The translations under genes were made by a program, and so were the position numbers. Below are positions 12,477 to 24,109 of a DNA stretch of 64,000 bases, one piece after another. The notes beneath the pieces are model-generated. The model worked only from the letters and a program-made list of their open reading frames with translations. It was not told the DNA's origin and did no database searches. Position 1 is the first letter of the stretch, and every line of letters starts with the position of its first letter. Source of the stretch: Podarcis muralis (taxonomy: Eukaryota); the NCBI RefSeq assembly GCF_964188315.1, contig NC_135666.1, positions 25,544,001-25,608,000 of the forward strand. Direction: 5' to 3'.

Positions 12477-12655
12477 CTGCACATTAAGTTACCTTGAATT
12501 GCGAGATGGTGCCGACGCCAATTCACCAGTAATCGCCAAGCTTTGTGGGAATTCTTTACCAGGCATTCAAAGGTCATCTGGTTCTACCTTATATATGAGA
12601 TTTCGTTCAGACAGTATAGACCCACACGCTGGATTCAATGTCAAGTATTCAAGAG
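12477..12655 (+). CDS. CUBN: CUBN exon (~ex45), CUB16 C-half, 179 nt
   Basis: tctcag|C CTLSYLELRDGADANSP...FRSDS...GFNVKYSR G|gtaaaa. Confidence 0.95.
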
Positions 12656-12765
12656 GTAAAATGAAAAAAAAAATAATACCCAGCATCTTTACTGATCCAA
12701 AATCCTTAAATGAAAGACTAGAATTCGTATGACCATTTCAGTGACCAGACTCTGTTTCTTTGCAG

Positions 12766-12975
12766 CTGTTTGTGGTGGAACACTGACGGGACAAAACGGA
12801 GTCATTGAAAGTGTCGGATTCCCTGATCTCCACTATCCAGACAATTTGCTGTGCGAATGGTTTCTCCGCGGACCTGTGGGTCATTTTCTCACCATTCGCT
12901 TTGAAGCACTAGATATCCAGAACTCATCTGAGTGTGGATATGACTACCTGGAAATTCGAGAACAGTATGCATCAG
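12766..12975 (+). CDS. CUBN: CUBN exon (~ex46), CUB17 N-half, 210 nt
   Basis: ttgcag|CT VCGGTLTGQNGVIESVGFPDLHYPDNLLCEW...YDYLEIREQYAS G|gtctgt; preceded by a 110-nt intron. Confidence 0.94.
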
Positions 12976-13319
12976 GTCTGTAAAACCATGTCGTTAGTCT
13001 TTCTTCCTTGCATGTGCCGCACAGCCTGATATGATTTTCTGCTGAAGTCATTACAATTCTGGGTAGGGCATGGCTGTCCTTGTGAGCAGGCAACTGGGGC
13101 AGAACTTTGGAATCCTCTGTGTGCTGTCCCTCGCCCCACCTCAACCCAGAAACCATCAGTCACTACTAAGGCTGATCAAATCTATCAGTTTCCGTGTTTC
13201 TAAATTTCTGGCTTTTTCAGTCTTATGTTTGGTCCTCTATATTTTCCCGTCAGTTGTTTGTTTGCTTGCTTGAAAAGTCCTAATAAGAAATGGCATTAGT
13301 AGTAGTAGTAGTAGTAGTA

Positions 13320-13561
13320 CAGTGGTACCTCTGGTTACATACTTAATTCGTTCCGGAGGTGTGTTCTTAACCTGAAACTGTTCTTAAACTGAAGCACCAC
13401 TTTAGCTAATGGGGCCTCCTGCTGCCGCCACGCCACCAGAGCACAATTTCTGTTGTCATCCTGAAGCAAAGTTCTTAACCCGATGTACTATTTCTGGGTT
13501 AGCAGAGTCTGTAACCTGAAGCGTATGTAACCTGAAGCGTATGTAACCCGAGGTCTCACTG
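13320..13561 (+). mobile_element. Tc1/mariner-type MITE (CAGTGGTACCTC family), copy 1
   Basis: TIR cagtggtacctc / gaggtctcactg; TA TSD on both sides. Confidence 0.88.
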
Positions 13562-13563
13562 TA

Positions 13564-14230
13564 CTGAAGATCTCAGGGCGGTTCACAGCATAAAAACACA
13601 AAATACACAATAAACCAAAAACAAACCAATAACCCCCTGCCTCCCACAAACACATATAAAATGACATAAAATGTTAATCAGCCAAAGGCCTGGTTGAAGT
13701 GGAGTGTTTTCACTTGGCGCCTAAATGGCAAGCCTCCCTGGGGAGAGCATTTCACAAATGGGGAGCCACTGCAGAGGCTAAAGGTAAAGGGACCCCTGAC
13801 CATTAGGTCCAGTCGTGACCGACTCTGGGGTTGCGGCACTCATCTCGCTTTACTGGCCGAGGGAGCCGGCATACAGCTTCTGGGTCATGTGGCCAGCATG
13901 ACTAAGCCGCTTCTGGTGAACCAGAGCAGCGCACGGAAACGCCGTTTACCTTCCCCCCAGAGCAGTACCTACTTGTCTACTTGCACTTTGATGTGCTTTT
14001 GAACTGCTAGGTTGGCAGGAGCAGGGACCGAGCAACAGGAGCTCACCCCGTCGCGGGGATTCGAATCGCCAACCTTCTGATCGGCAAGCCCTAGGCTCTG
14101 TGATTTAACCCACAGTGCCACCTGCATCCCGCACTGCAGAGGCTAGAGTGTCTGTATTTTCTGAGGAATGTTAGAGGCCTCTGGACCTCTCGTGGAAGGA
14201 GGCACATGAAGATGGGTCTCAGATGATGGT
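13564..14230 (-). mobile_element. L2-type LINE 3' fragment, interrupted by a Sauria SINE; its (TAG)n tail lies at ~13297-13319
   Basis: ctcagggcggttcacagc...ggagagcatttcacaaatggggagccactgcagagg, typical of the reverse-strand L2 3' end. Confidence 0.6.
13781..14130 (-). mobile_element. Sauria SINE (Podarcis POM-type), full length
   Basis: Tail aaggtaaagggacccctgaccattagg to head ...gccacctgcatccc; 14-bp TSD cactgcagaggcta (13767-13780, 14132-14145). Confidence 0.92.
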
Positions 14231-14351
14231 GGTGAAGGAAAGCATTTTAGTGCAAATTTCTCCTAATGGATATATTTTAGTATGCAGTTTTGCCTAATAT
14301 ACACAGAATACTAGTAGAATGCAAATAAATATAAATAAATACAATGACTGG

Positions 14352-14517
14352 AACACAGGAAGCTGTCTTACATTGAGTCAGACCACTGGTCTATCCAGCT
14401 CTGTACTGTCTACACTGACTGACAGTGTTTCTCCAACACTTCAGGCAGGGGTCTCTCCCAGTCATGCCTGGAAATGCCAGCGATCAAACCTGAGACCCTC
14501 AGATCAAATGCTCACCC
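14352..14517 (-). mobile_element. tRNA-derived SINE with CR1-like tail, degenerate
   Basis: gaagctgtcttacattgagtcagaccactgg...gcctggaaatgccagcgatcaaacctgagacc; similar to ~15945-16090 (+) and 21650-21817 (-). Confidence 0.5.
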
Positions 14518-14563
14518 TCTTTATTAACTTCTCTTTCTCTCTTCCTCTCTCTTAACTACCTAG

Positions 14564-14704
14564 GGGATTTATTAGGTAAATACTGTGGTGCTAGTATACC
14601 CAGTGCATTAGACACCTCCAGCAACTTGGCTTACATCAAGTTTGCCACTGATGGATCCATCAACGCTCCAGGCTTCAGACTACATTTTTCTGCTAGTGTT
14701 GAAG
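14564..14704 (+). CDS. CUBN: CUBN exon (~ex47), CUB17 C-half, 141 nt
   Basis: cctag|[49 protein letters not shown]|gtgagc. Confidence 0.94.
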
Positions 14705-15008
14705 GTGAGCTGCAAAAACAGTGTGGTTTCCATTTCATATGTTGCCTTTTGACTTTTGCTTATTCCATGCCATTGGGTTTGTCTTCTAGTCCAGCTGCTA
14801 TTGGCAGATCTTTTTTCAAGTTGAAGATACAGTGTAAGATATTCTGATTTTAGTTTCTGCCTTAATTATGAAATATGGTAAACAAGGCAACCATTGCAGA
14901 CACCTGAGTGTTTCCTTTTGTGTGACCTTTCCTCAGAATCACTATACATTTTCTTTTGCTCTCCCAGAAAAGATCAGTTCAGACTGCCTATTATTTGTGT
15001 CGTTCCAG

Positions 15009-15190
15009 AGTGCGGAGGTGATCTCCGCGGCACTGTTGGGACATTTACGTCCCCCAACTATCCAAATTCTGCCCTGCACAAATTAAAATGCGAATGGAGA
15101 ATCATGGTGCCATTGGGACGCCGGGTCACCCTTACCATTCATGACATGGCTTTTGGACTCTACCAGAACTGTAGCTCGAATTATGTGGCT
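15009..15190 (+). CDS. CUBN: CUBN exon (~ex48), CUB18 N-half, 182 nt
   Basis: ttccag|AG CGGDLRGTVGTFTSPNYP...CEWRI...CSSNYVA|gtaagt. Confidence 0.94.
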
Positions 15191-16199
15191 GTAAGTGTGG
15201 GGGAAAGTGTTATTTGTACTACTGTGGAATATGGAAATGGCATAGCAAAGTTAAATTGACTACAAAAACCGGATAATAGAAATTAAAACACACCTAGCTT
15301 TTTAGGAATGACTAGTGGTGGCTGGTTCTCATTGGGACTGATAAGGCAGAGGACAGGAAGATCAACATTAGATGGCGCTAGAGCCAATGACAAGCAAAGG
15401 CAACTGTTTTTGTCCCCATCTTCCTCCTCCCTGCTGAGTTCTGTAAAGCACAGCACAGAGATGAGCAAGCTAGCTGGCAGTGCTGCTCCCTGATTGGCTG
15501 TAAGTAGGAAAGCAGGAAGGTGGGAGCTGACTGAGGACAGGCTAAGGTTGGTGTGGCAATGCCCCCTTTATCCAAATAGACCAATTTCCAGTGCAAATGA
15601 TACAGATGCATTTAAAACACAGGGAAGTTGGGCTTACCAAACCTAATCCACTCCCTGATATCCCTAATACCTCCATGGCAGGAATTCCTTGCTTTGCAAC
15701 AGGTTGCTATGATCAGTGTTGCTATGACTGGCATGCTTGCCCACTGGTGCAGTGTCGAAGTCCCACATCATGCAAAGGTTTGGGCACAAGGAAGGCAGCT
15801 AGGCAGGCTGCAGCAGCAGCAGAAGAGGTGGAATATCTGGTCCTGAGTGCAACCTCCTCCTCCCTGTGATGTCTTGACTGAAATAATTTGGCAGCCTTGA
15901 CTGAAGAGCTTGGAAAGGGACTCTGTGGTAATGCACATGTCTTATATATACAAAGTCCCCAGTTCAGACCTGAGCATCTCCAGGTGGACCTGGGAAAGAC
16001 CCCTGTCTCCTAAAAGCCTCTGCCACTCCTTGTCAAGACAATACTGAGCCGGATGGAACAATAGGTTGACTCGGTGTAAGGCAGCTTCTGACCCCGCCCC
16101 CCTTCACGTTTCAAAGACATTTGTTCGATAATTTCAATCGGGGGTTGAGCCATGTTGATGGTCATGCTACACTTAGAAGAAAGCCTTTTCTAAAGGCAT

Positions 16200-16651
16200 T
16201 GTCAGGGAACTGCCATCGGCTCAGGGGCGAGAGGGGAAAGACCGGATGGATTACAGAGAGCCCCCAGAGATCGTGGGAAGCAGCACCTCCTCAGCGGAGG
16301 AGAGTAGCCACGCCTTTAGTGGAGAGGAGATGCAGGGCTCGGGGGAGGCGAGGCGGTGCCAGGACACTTTGCCTGAGCAAAGCGGGGAGGAGGGAGGTCC
16401 TCTGTTACCCACGCCTTCTTTGCGCAGTAGGCTTCTGCGCAGAGAGGGAAGGCGCAGATTGGGCGTCAAGAAATTACTCTGCTGGGGAAGGTTTAAGGAC
16501 CGCCCACTCTCAGATGCCAGTGAATGAGCAAGACACGGAATAGAGGTGCTCTGCATTCCAAAGGTTTTTATCACCGATAAGAAAGCTTTAAAACAGACTA
16601 TTGAAGCATATTGCCTGATTGCTCTCGAGCAACCAACCTATACCTCTTACA
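16200..16651 (+). mobile_element. Solo LTR (452 bp)
   Basis: TGTCAGG...CTTACA termini; 5-bp TSD ggcat / ggtat (one mismatch); GC and CpG richer than the flanking intron. Confidence 0.75.
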
Positions 16652-16689
16652 GGTATGCTTGTTAATGTTATTCTCTATTTGGCAAGTAG

Positions 16690-16861
16690 GTTCACAATGG
16701 CTTTGGTGAAAACGCACCTCGACTCTCCATGCTGTGTGGTTTGGTGGCTCCAGGGACTCAGGTGAAATCCTCTGGAAACAAGATAACCGTCGTCATGGTC
16801 AAAAGTCACGATGGTTTTGAGGCAAGCTTCAGAATTACATATGCTTCTGATGAAGAAGCAG
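16690..16861 (+). CDS. CUBN: CUBN exon (~ex49), CUB18 C-half, 172 nt (divergent)
   Basis: aagtag|VHNGFGENAPRLSMLCGLVAPGTQVKSSGNKITVVMVKSHDGFEASFRITYASDEEA G|gtaata; phase fits both neighbours. Confidence 0.88.
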
Positions 16862-18004
16862 GTAATAGAACATGTTAGGAGTTTTTGTTTTGTATTTGCA
16901 ACTTAACACTGACAAAAAGAATTAATATAAAGTCTGTTTAGCAGCTTTCTTTTAACATGGTACTTCTCTTTAAACTGACTTATATGAAGTTACAGTATTA
17001 CAGTTCTCTGCTTGCATCTTTAACTTGAAGTAGGAGAACTGGAGGTGAGGAGTAAAGGAAAGATGCTGTCTAATTTTTGACCTGCCCAATGAGTTGTCTA
17101 ATTAGGGCCTGCCCTATTGTTAGAAAAAGTGAAGTGGCCGCTTCGGGTCCTGATTTTGAACGTCATGAAAAGGTGGCAAATTCTAGTTATTTAACTTATT
17201 ATTACATTTTTATTCTCAGGGACAGGTAGTCATGGGATTTTCTGCCTCAGATACTGAAATAACACAACCAGCCTTGGATATTATGTACTTTGCAGTGAAG
17301 ATTCATTTGCTTTTCAGCCTCAAGCAGTGAAATGTCTTGAACCAGCCCTATCTCTAATACTGTGGTAGCCAACGCAACATCTGCGACATGTTGCCAGACT
17401 ACAATTCCCATCAGTGTTGACCTCTGACCTTACAGGTTGGTCTGATGGGGGTTGGATCCAGCAACGTCTGAAGGGCACCACATTGGCTACCTGTGGTAGC
17501 CAAGCCACTACTTCTGTGACATAGACTTTAATCTGACAGCTTCAACAGCAAGCTGTTTTGCCTCTGCTTCATTTATCCAGTCTTTAAAGGGCAGAGTAGG
17601 GCAAAATAATGTCAGAACTTGCCGTGCCTTTCTGGTATGTTTGGGCAGTAGAATGATCAACTCTTCAGGGCATTTTAGAAGAAGAGATTTTACCATGTTA
17701 TTTTTTCCCAAATGTGTTGCCTGCTTTGAGAGTTATGGAATAATAGCAGTACCAAGAATATCGGCCTGGTAATCAGTGGTAGACTAGTACCAGTATCAAT
17801 AGTGGAATGTGGAAGATTATCTTCGGCCAGTCATTGTCTCTCCACTTAACTCATCTCATACGATTGTTGTGAGAAAAAGTTGGGAAGGACAGAACCATGT
17901 ACACCACCTTGACCTCCTTGGAAGAAAGGTGGGGTGTGAATGTAATAAATAGGTAAATAATGAAATGTTGCCTTACTGTTCCAAATGGTGTTGTTTTTTT
18001 CCAG

Positions 18005-18211
18005 TGTGTGGCAGCCATCTACTCAGTTCAGGTGGTGGGAATCTCACTTCTCCTGGTTATGATGGCACCAGCAATTATGCAAACAACCTGAACTGTGAGT
18101 GGGTCATCCAAAATCCGCAGCCATCCATCACAACTCTTTATCTTCTCTTTGGAGATTTCAACTTGGAGCAGCACATCAATTGCCAGAACGACTACTTAGA
18201 AATCCGGAGAG
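18005..18211 (+). CDS. CUBN: CUBN exon (~ex50), CUB19 N-half, 207 nt
   Basis: ttccag|TG CGSHLLSSGGGNLTSPGYDG...NLNCEW...NDYLEIRR G|gtaagt. Confidence 0.95.
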
Positions 18212-19243
18212 GTAAGTTACAGCTGCCTGTAACCAGTAAATAAACAAGAAAGCAATTCTAGTGGGGAGCAGGTGTCAGTTTGCATTTCTTAGTGCAGAAA
18301 GTATTGGTCTGATGTGTAGAGATCTTTCCCATACAAATTAATTCAAGAGGGTTCTGGAAGCTTCTCTGTGTGAAAGAAACAAGCAAAAGGTTCATGATGT
18401 TTGTGTTGTACCTTCAGAGAAGCTGAGCACACCTGGCTTAAACTGGTTTTGTTATCTCTTGTGTCAAGATCATGCTGACTGTACAAGTAGGGTCAGAAGG
18501 AGCCTGGGTTACACTTTCTGTTTCCATCTCTCTTCCTTCTGGTGTGGTGTTCTGTGCATAGTATGCCTATTGTTAAGGTTTAGACTTATTATAAGTTATT
18601 GTAAGTTTAAGCCAAGTATGCTGCAACTGGATTTCTTATGGACAGTGCCAATCCTGAGTATATTGGATTTGTGACCATTATGCTCATTTGCCTTCAGTAG
18701 CAGTAAAGCTCTGCTAGTCTATTTTTTGGGAATCCTGCAATGTGCTTAAGTTGTTACTCTGCTAACTATACATTGAAATCTACTCTGGATCAATATTGAG
18801 TAGAATTTCATGACAGGCAGCAGGAGAATAGTTGTGGCGAATGAACAGTCAAATCCGAAGCTCTACTGGGCTCCTCCTTTTCCCTTTTCCTGCGAGGAAT
18901 CTTATTCGAAATAAGGGAATTTCCCTTTAAAAAAGGGAAACGTTGACAGCTATGGGTCCAGTTGATCCCAAGCTGCCCTTGGAATGCCTCCTTTTACCCT
19001 TTCTTATTTTGTATTTCATTTTATTCATCGGACTATAACAAAAGTTTTTCCTAGCCAGAGAGGGCCAAATGGTGCAGTCGTGCATACACTTTTAAACTGT
19101 GATTAAACCATGGTTGTCAATTAATAATAGGGACATGGGTTCAAGAAGCCAAGGTACTGCAACAACTTTGTGTCTTTGCTTGTTTTGAAGGGAGTCAAGT
19201 TTAGCTGGCTTTAGATATTTCATAGTACCATGTTTCTATTTAG

Positions 19244-19393
19244 GGGATTCTGATGGAGAGCTCTTATACCGACTATGTGGCCACAGCCCACCTCAGCATC
19301 CACTGCTAATAGCAGCTCCTCAGACCTGGATACAATTTTTGAGCAATGATCAAAATACAGACAAGGGATTCTTCATCCACTATGGATCTCTGG
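19244..19393 (+). CDS. CUBN: CUBN exon (~ex51), CUB19 C-half, 150 nt
   Basis: tttag|GG DSDGELLYRLCGHSPP...WIQFLSND...KGFFIHYGSL G|gtaagt. Confidence 0.93.
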
Positions 19394-19827
19394 GTAAGTT
19401 TCACGTTACTTTTACTGTGTATGGTGATTCTAACAGGTAGTACTGAAGGTGCAAAGCAAACACCTGTTTTCTATTAATAAACCATGACGTGAACCCAATA
19501 GTCTTGCTTAACCATGGTTTGTTTGGACACCCCATCCCAAATGTTTGTCATTGTACAAATGCACAAGGCAAGAACTGCTGGAAAACAAATCAAGGTTTAG
19601 GGAAAGGGACATACCATGTTTGCTCATCTGTGAAATGGCTTGTGGCTTGTTAAAAGATATGGTTAAAACAAACAATGGCTTCCTGTTATATGTGAATGCA
19701 AGCAATGCAAGTGAAGTGTGTTCCCCACCCCCACCCGACCCAATGAAACCACCTAGGAACTGGCATGTCTGCATTTTCTATGAGCCAATGAACAAAGCTT
19801 CTTCAAATATCTCAAATTTTATTTCAG

Positions 19828-19949
19828 CCTGTGGTGGTGTGATGGAAGGTGAAAGTGGAATTATCTCTAGCCCTAACTACCCAGCACCTTACAATAGTTC
19901 TAGCCATTGCTCCTGGCTCTTGGTAGCACCAGAGGGACATACCATCAAT
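19828..19949 (+). CDS. CUBN: CUBN exon (~ex52), CUB20 N-part, 122 nt
   Basis: tttcag|CC CGGVMEGESGIISSPNYPAPYNSSSHCSWLLVAPEGHTIN|gtgagt. Confidence 0.95.
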
Positions 19950-20036
19950 GTGAGTAATGCTTTTTTCATCAGCTTATAATAAAATAAATGGGTGCATTTT
20001 TTATCCGTAAGAACAAGGCGAGTTTTACATGAAGTA

Positions 20037-20278
20037 CAGTGGTACCTCGGGTTACAGACGCTTCAGGTTACATACGCTTCAGGTTACAGACTCTGCTAAC
20101 CCAGAAATAGTACCTTGGGTTAAGAACTTTGCTTCAGGGTGAGAATAGAAATAGCGCAGCAGCGGTGCAGCGGCAGCAGGAGGCCCCATTAGCTAAAGTG
20201 GTGTTTCAGGTTAAGAACAGTTTCAGGTTAAGAATGGACCTCCGGAATGAATTAAGTACTTAACCCGAGGTACCACTG
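20037..20278 (-). mobile_element. Tc1/mariner-type MITE, copy 2 (inverted relative to copy 1)
   Basis: TIR cagtggtacctcggg / cccgaggtaccactg; TA TSDs. Confidence 0.9.
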
Positions 20279-20408
20279 TACTCTAATTGAGAGTATGGCT
20301 GTCATCATGCCCTCAGACCACCCACTTGACTCCTTCCAAGACCCTCTGCCCCTTCTAATTTTTGTTGTATATTTTTTAAATGAACTGTTGTTCATTTTTT
20401 GCAATGTT

Positions 20409-20434
20409 TGTGTGTGTGTGTGTGTGTGTGTGTG
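20409..20434 (+). repeat. (TG)13 microsatellite
   Basis: Read directly. Confidence 0.95.
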
Positions 20435-20960
20435 CTATTTTTGTCTGTTTTGTTTGTTTGAGGGGAGTGTAGGTGTTTTACCTGTTTTGGGGGAGAGGGG
20501 CAGTGCTGAGCATCACCAAATGGGTACATTTTGGTGTGCACAACAATGTGTTTCCAGATGCGTTCACCAAAATGCTGGGTTCCCCTGCACTAAGCTGCAT
20601 TCATCTCACCAGCAAATACCTGCAGCTCAGTACATTTCTCTTTTTTTTCCGTTTGCCTGGGATTAGAAAAACAGGAGGCTGTTAAACACCTTGGAAGCTA
20701 CAATAAAAGGTTGGTGGGTTGTGTTTGGCTTGGTTCTATTTAGCACTTCCTCCTAAATAAAAAAGAAAGTAAGACAAGTAAGTGAACTGAGCACATTATG
20801 ATGTCTGTTATGCTGGAGTAAAAATGAGGACAAATAGATTATTTTATCATATTAATCTATTTGTATTAGAGCTTTTAGCAGACTGAGATAGCTCTGTTTC
20901 TGATGCATTTTTGCAAATACTATTCTATGTTCATGGTCATCTCTTATTGCTCTCCCACAG

Positions 20961-21186
20961 CTTACTTTTGTGGACTTTGAAATTGAAAACCACAGGACCT
21001 GTAGATGGGATTCGGTCACCATTCTGAATGGTGGATCTCCGAGTTCTCCTGTCATTGGACGATACTGTGGAACTTCATCACCAGGCACCATTCAGTCAGG
21101 CTCCAATCAGTTATTAATAAACTTCAATTCCGACCACTCAGTGCAGGGAGATGGTTTCTATGCAACATGGACTGCAGACTCTTTGG
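20961..21186 (+). CDS. CUBN: CUBN exon (~ex53), CUB20 C-part, 226 nt
   Basis: ccacag|[27 protein letters not shown]...[16 protein letters not shown]...L G|gtaagc. Confidence 0.96.
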
Positions 21187-21649
21187 GTAAGCAGGAAACC
21201 ATTATAAATTCCTTCCTTCTAATGCATAGCATTGACTGTTGTGAAGTAGGATTTCTCCACCTTCCTCCATCTCTGGATATGGCAGTGGACAGGGAAATGT
21301 CTCCATTGCTGGAATAAAGAACAATTTTAATGAAGTTTGATAGAGATAAAATGCATGTATACCATGGGCAAAAAATAGCTCCATCTTCCACCTGATTGTC
21401 TTAGGGCCCATTTTCATGATCTGCATCAGTGGGGTAAATGCTCCTTAAGCTATTGTTGAGATCTTGGCACAGAGACAGGGAGAGCTGAGTGAAAGCACTT
21501 GATAAATGCAAACTCTTTGTGAATTGCCTGTTAGTGGACTGCTGCACACAGTCAAGAAAGATACTCTGATATAGGGAGTTATTAATAATACACTTTTCAG
21601 AGTATGCTTCATAAGTCATACATGACTTCTTTTGGTTACAAATGGTTGG

Positions 21650-21817
21650 GAAAGTAGAGAGCTGCCTTGGACCATTGGTTCATCTAGTTTTGTATTCCGC
21701 ATTAAATGGCAGCAGCTCTCTGAGGTTTCAGAAAGCTCCACCTGGAGATGCCAGGGATTGAACCTCAGACTTACTGTATGAAAAGCATGCGCTCTGCCAC
21801 TGAGTGATGGTCCTACC
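21650..21817 (-). mobile_element. tRNA-derived SINE
   Basis: Reverse-strand head tcactcagtggcagagc (box A) ... ggttcaatccctggcatctccagg (box B). Confidence 0.6.
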
Positions 21818-21961
21818 TCCAACAGTCAGCAGAAGAAGCCACTGCCATCTGACCATGAATCCATACCTTTTCACCAGCAAAAAGATTGTGCAATGTGATC
21901 TTCCATCCAGATGCATGCATGCATTTTTTACTCATTCTATAACCCTCTGTCATTTTTGCAG

Positions 21962-22149
21962 GATGTGGGGGCATCCTTCATTCTGAAAATGGCACCATCC
22001 ATTCTCCCCACTGGCCCCAGGACTTTCCTAGTAACATTAGGTGCTCGTGGACAATAATTACCCATGAAAGCAAACATTTGGAGATTACCTTCAATGAGAA
22101 TTTCCAGATTCCAGATAGCTATGGGCAGTGTCAGAGCAGTTATGTGAAG
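21962..22149 (+). CDS. CUBN: CUBN exon (~ex54), CUB21 N-half, 188 nt
   Basis: ttgcag|[31 protein letters not shown]...CQSSYVK|gtaagt. Confidence 0.95.
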
Positions 22150-23394
22150 GTAAGTAAATATCAATATTGTCAATATTGTCAATATTATGGACTCTGGTAA
22201 GTGTAAGTATAGTTCGCTAGCCAAGCAGTTTTAGGCTGGTGAAGCAGGTCTAAGGATTGAGGTAAGTAGAAGTACTGACTCTGTAAAGCATCCTACTTCC
22301 ATGCTGAGGAGGCTTCTGTGGTGAATTTTCCTGTCTGCCCACAGATGTCCCACTCTGGAGGTGGACAGACAGGTCAACAACATCCAATGGCCCCTTGGCA
22401 GCCCTCCCAGGGTGCTTAGAATTGGTCCCTAAGCAAGGGTCTTTTTGGAAAAACAAGGCCAAGTTATTCACATTTTATACAAAAAATAATGACAGAAAAA
22501 CACTCCAGTCTGTGCCTGCTTCTACATAAACTGATATGCATTCTGTATCAGAAAACCTGTTTCTTTAATGTTGCTTTATCAAATACCTGAAAGTGTTCAG
22601 GAATAACAAAATAATAATGTATACTTCATTGGCTGTTAAAGATCTGCTTCTCTGGAAGACACTTGAAGAGAAGGGGATGTTTGGCATTCCTTAGAGCCTA
22701 ATAGTTTTCTAAAGAATTTGGCAGATGTTGTGTGTTGTTGTTCCCAGACTGTGCAAAAGCACACAACTCCCACTTGTTCATAAAGGGCAGGCATAATTTA
22801 TCATCATGTAGGAAGACATGAGCGGCTGGGTTATTGCTCAAAGAGGGCCAAGATGGCATATATTTATAGAAGCAATGGGAATATACCTTGGCCAATTTAG
22901 AGTTCACGTTTCAGCCTACTGAATGGGATAGAGTTTGAAGATGTTAATTGAAATATGCTTTTGTGCACAAGAGATCCTCGGTGGGGGATGCAGAAATCAG
23001 AAAGGATTTGCCCACTGTGGCTCTTTTGGTGAAGCATTCAATGTGCCATTAAAGAAAGCAATTTGATGCCTTTCCTTTTGAAAAGGGAAGCTGTTGCAAA
23101 CACACAAGAGCTGTACTAGGCCTTTGGGAATACGAAGCCAGGTTCTCCAGGTGTCTCCACCAGCAATACCTGTGTATTAATAACCATGTTCAGCACAGTT
23201 TGAACTAGTTGACCTTAATGGATTTTAATAGGTTTTCTCCCAGAATGAAAAGCTCACCCAAGCAGGGTTAGATTCAAGAGTGAATTAACACACTGTTAAT
23301 TCCACCACCTCCCTGGTCTAAGTTTGAGGCTGCATTTGAACATTTATAGATGATTTCAGGTCTTTCTTCCTCAGTTATGCACAGTACATATAAA

Positions 23395-23530
23395 CAGTGC
23401 TTTTTTCTGGGGGGGACACAGGGGTACACATACCCCTAAACACTTTGTGAATCTAAGTTTGGCCTTGGTGAAGGGCAGTATTTCAATATGAGTAGGAAAA
23501 TGAGGGTACATTTTAAGAAAAAAAGCACTG
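23395..23530. mobile_element. hAT-type MITE (CAGTGCTTTTTT family), copy 1
   Basis: TIR cagtgctttttt / aaaaaagcactg; perfect 8-bp TSD catataaa. Confidence 0.9.
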
Positions 23531-23939
23531 CATATAAATTACTGTATTTTTCTTTCCTAAAATATATTAACAGCCTGAAACTGACACTAGCAGGTAAATT
23601 AAGGAAATACTGTACCAGCGAGTACACTGAGCTTTGAGACTTAACAGTGCCATTGAAAAGCTGAAGTGAAAGGTGCCGTCTGTAAGATTTCCTCCTAATT
23701 GTTCCCCCCCCCCCACCATTCACATTTTGAAACCTGGTGCTACAATCAGGGTTAGGGTGTTGTGACAACTGAGAATGGGTGTTTTTATTATATGAGTCTG
23801 TATGAGTCTAACATTCTACTGTTTTGCTGGCCTATATGGTAAAACCAGGATTGCCATAAACTGTTTGGAGCTGGTGTAAAATGAAAATCCGCACAAGGTC
23901 TTATTTAGATGTTCAAAAAAGAGTAACCCTTTCCCCCAG

Positions 23940-24099
23940 GTGTTGAGAGGACGTGATAATGAACAGGAAGATGCAGTATTAGCTGTTGGGTGTGGAAATT
24001 CAGCTCCCGGACCTATTGTTGCGCCAGGAAATGTGATGACAGTAGTGTTTCAGTCACAGGACATCCCAGGACGTGGCTTTTCTGCATCTTTTATAAGCA
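23940..24099 (+). CDS. CUBN: CUBN exon (~ex55), CUB21 C-half, 160 nt
   Basis: cccag|VLRGRDNEQEDAVLAVGCGNSAPGP...VFQSQDIPGRGFSASFIS A|gtaagt. Confidence 0.93.
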
Positions 24100-24109
24100 G
24101 TAAGTAAAT

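Noticed and set aside
16246-16527. 93-aa ORF as a nested host gene
   Set aside because: It lies wholly within a TG...CA element with a TSD, so it is treated as an LTR-borne frame (see findings) and not a cellular gene.
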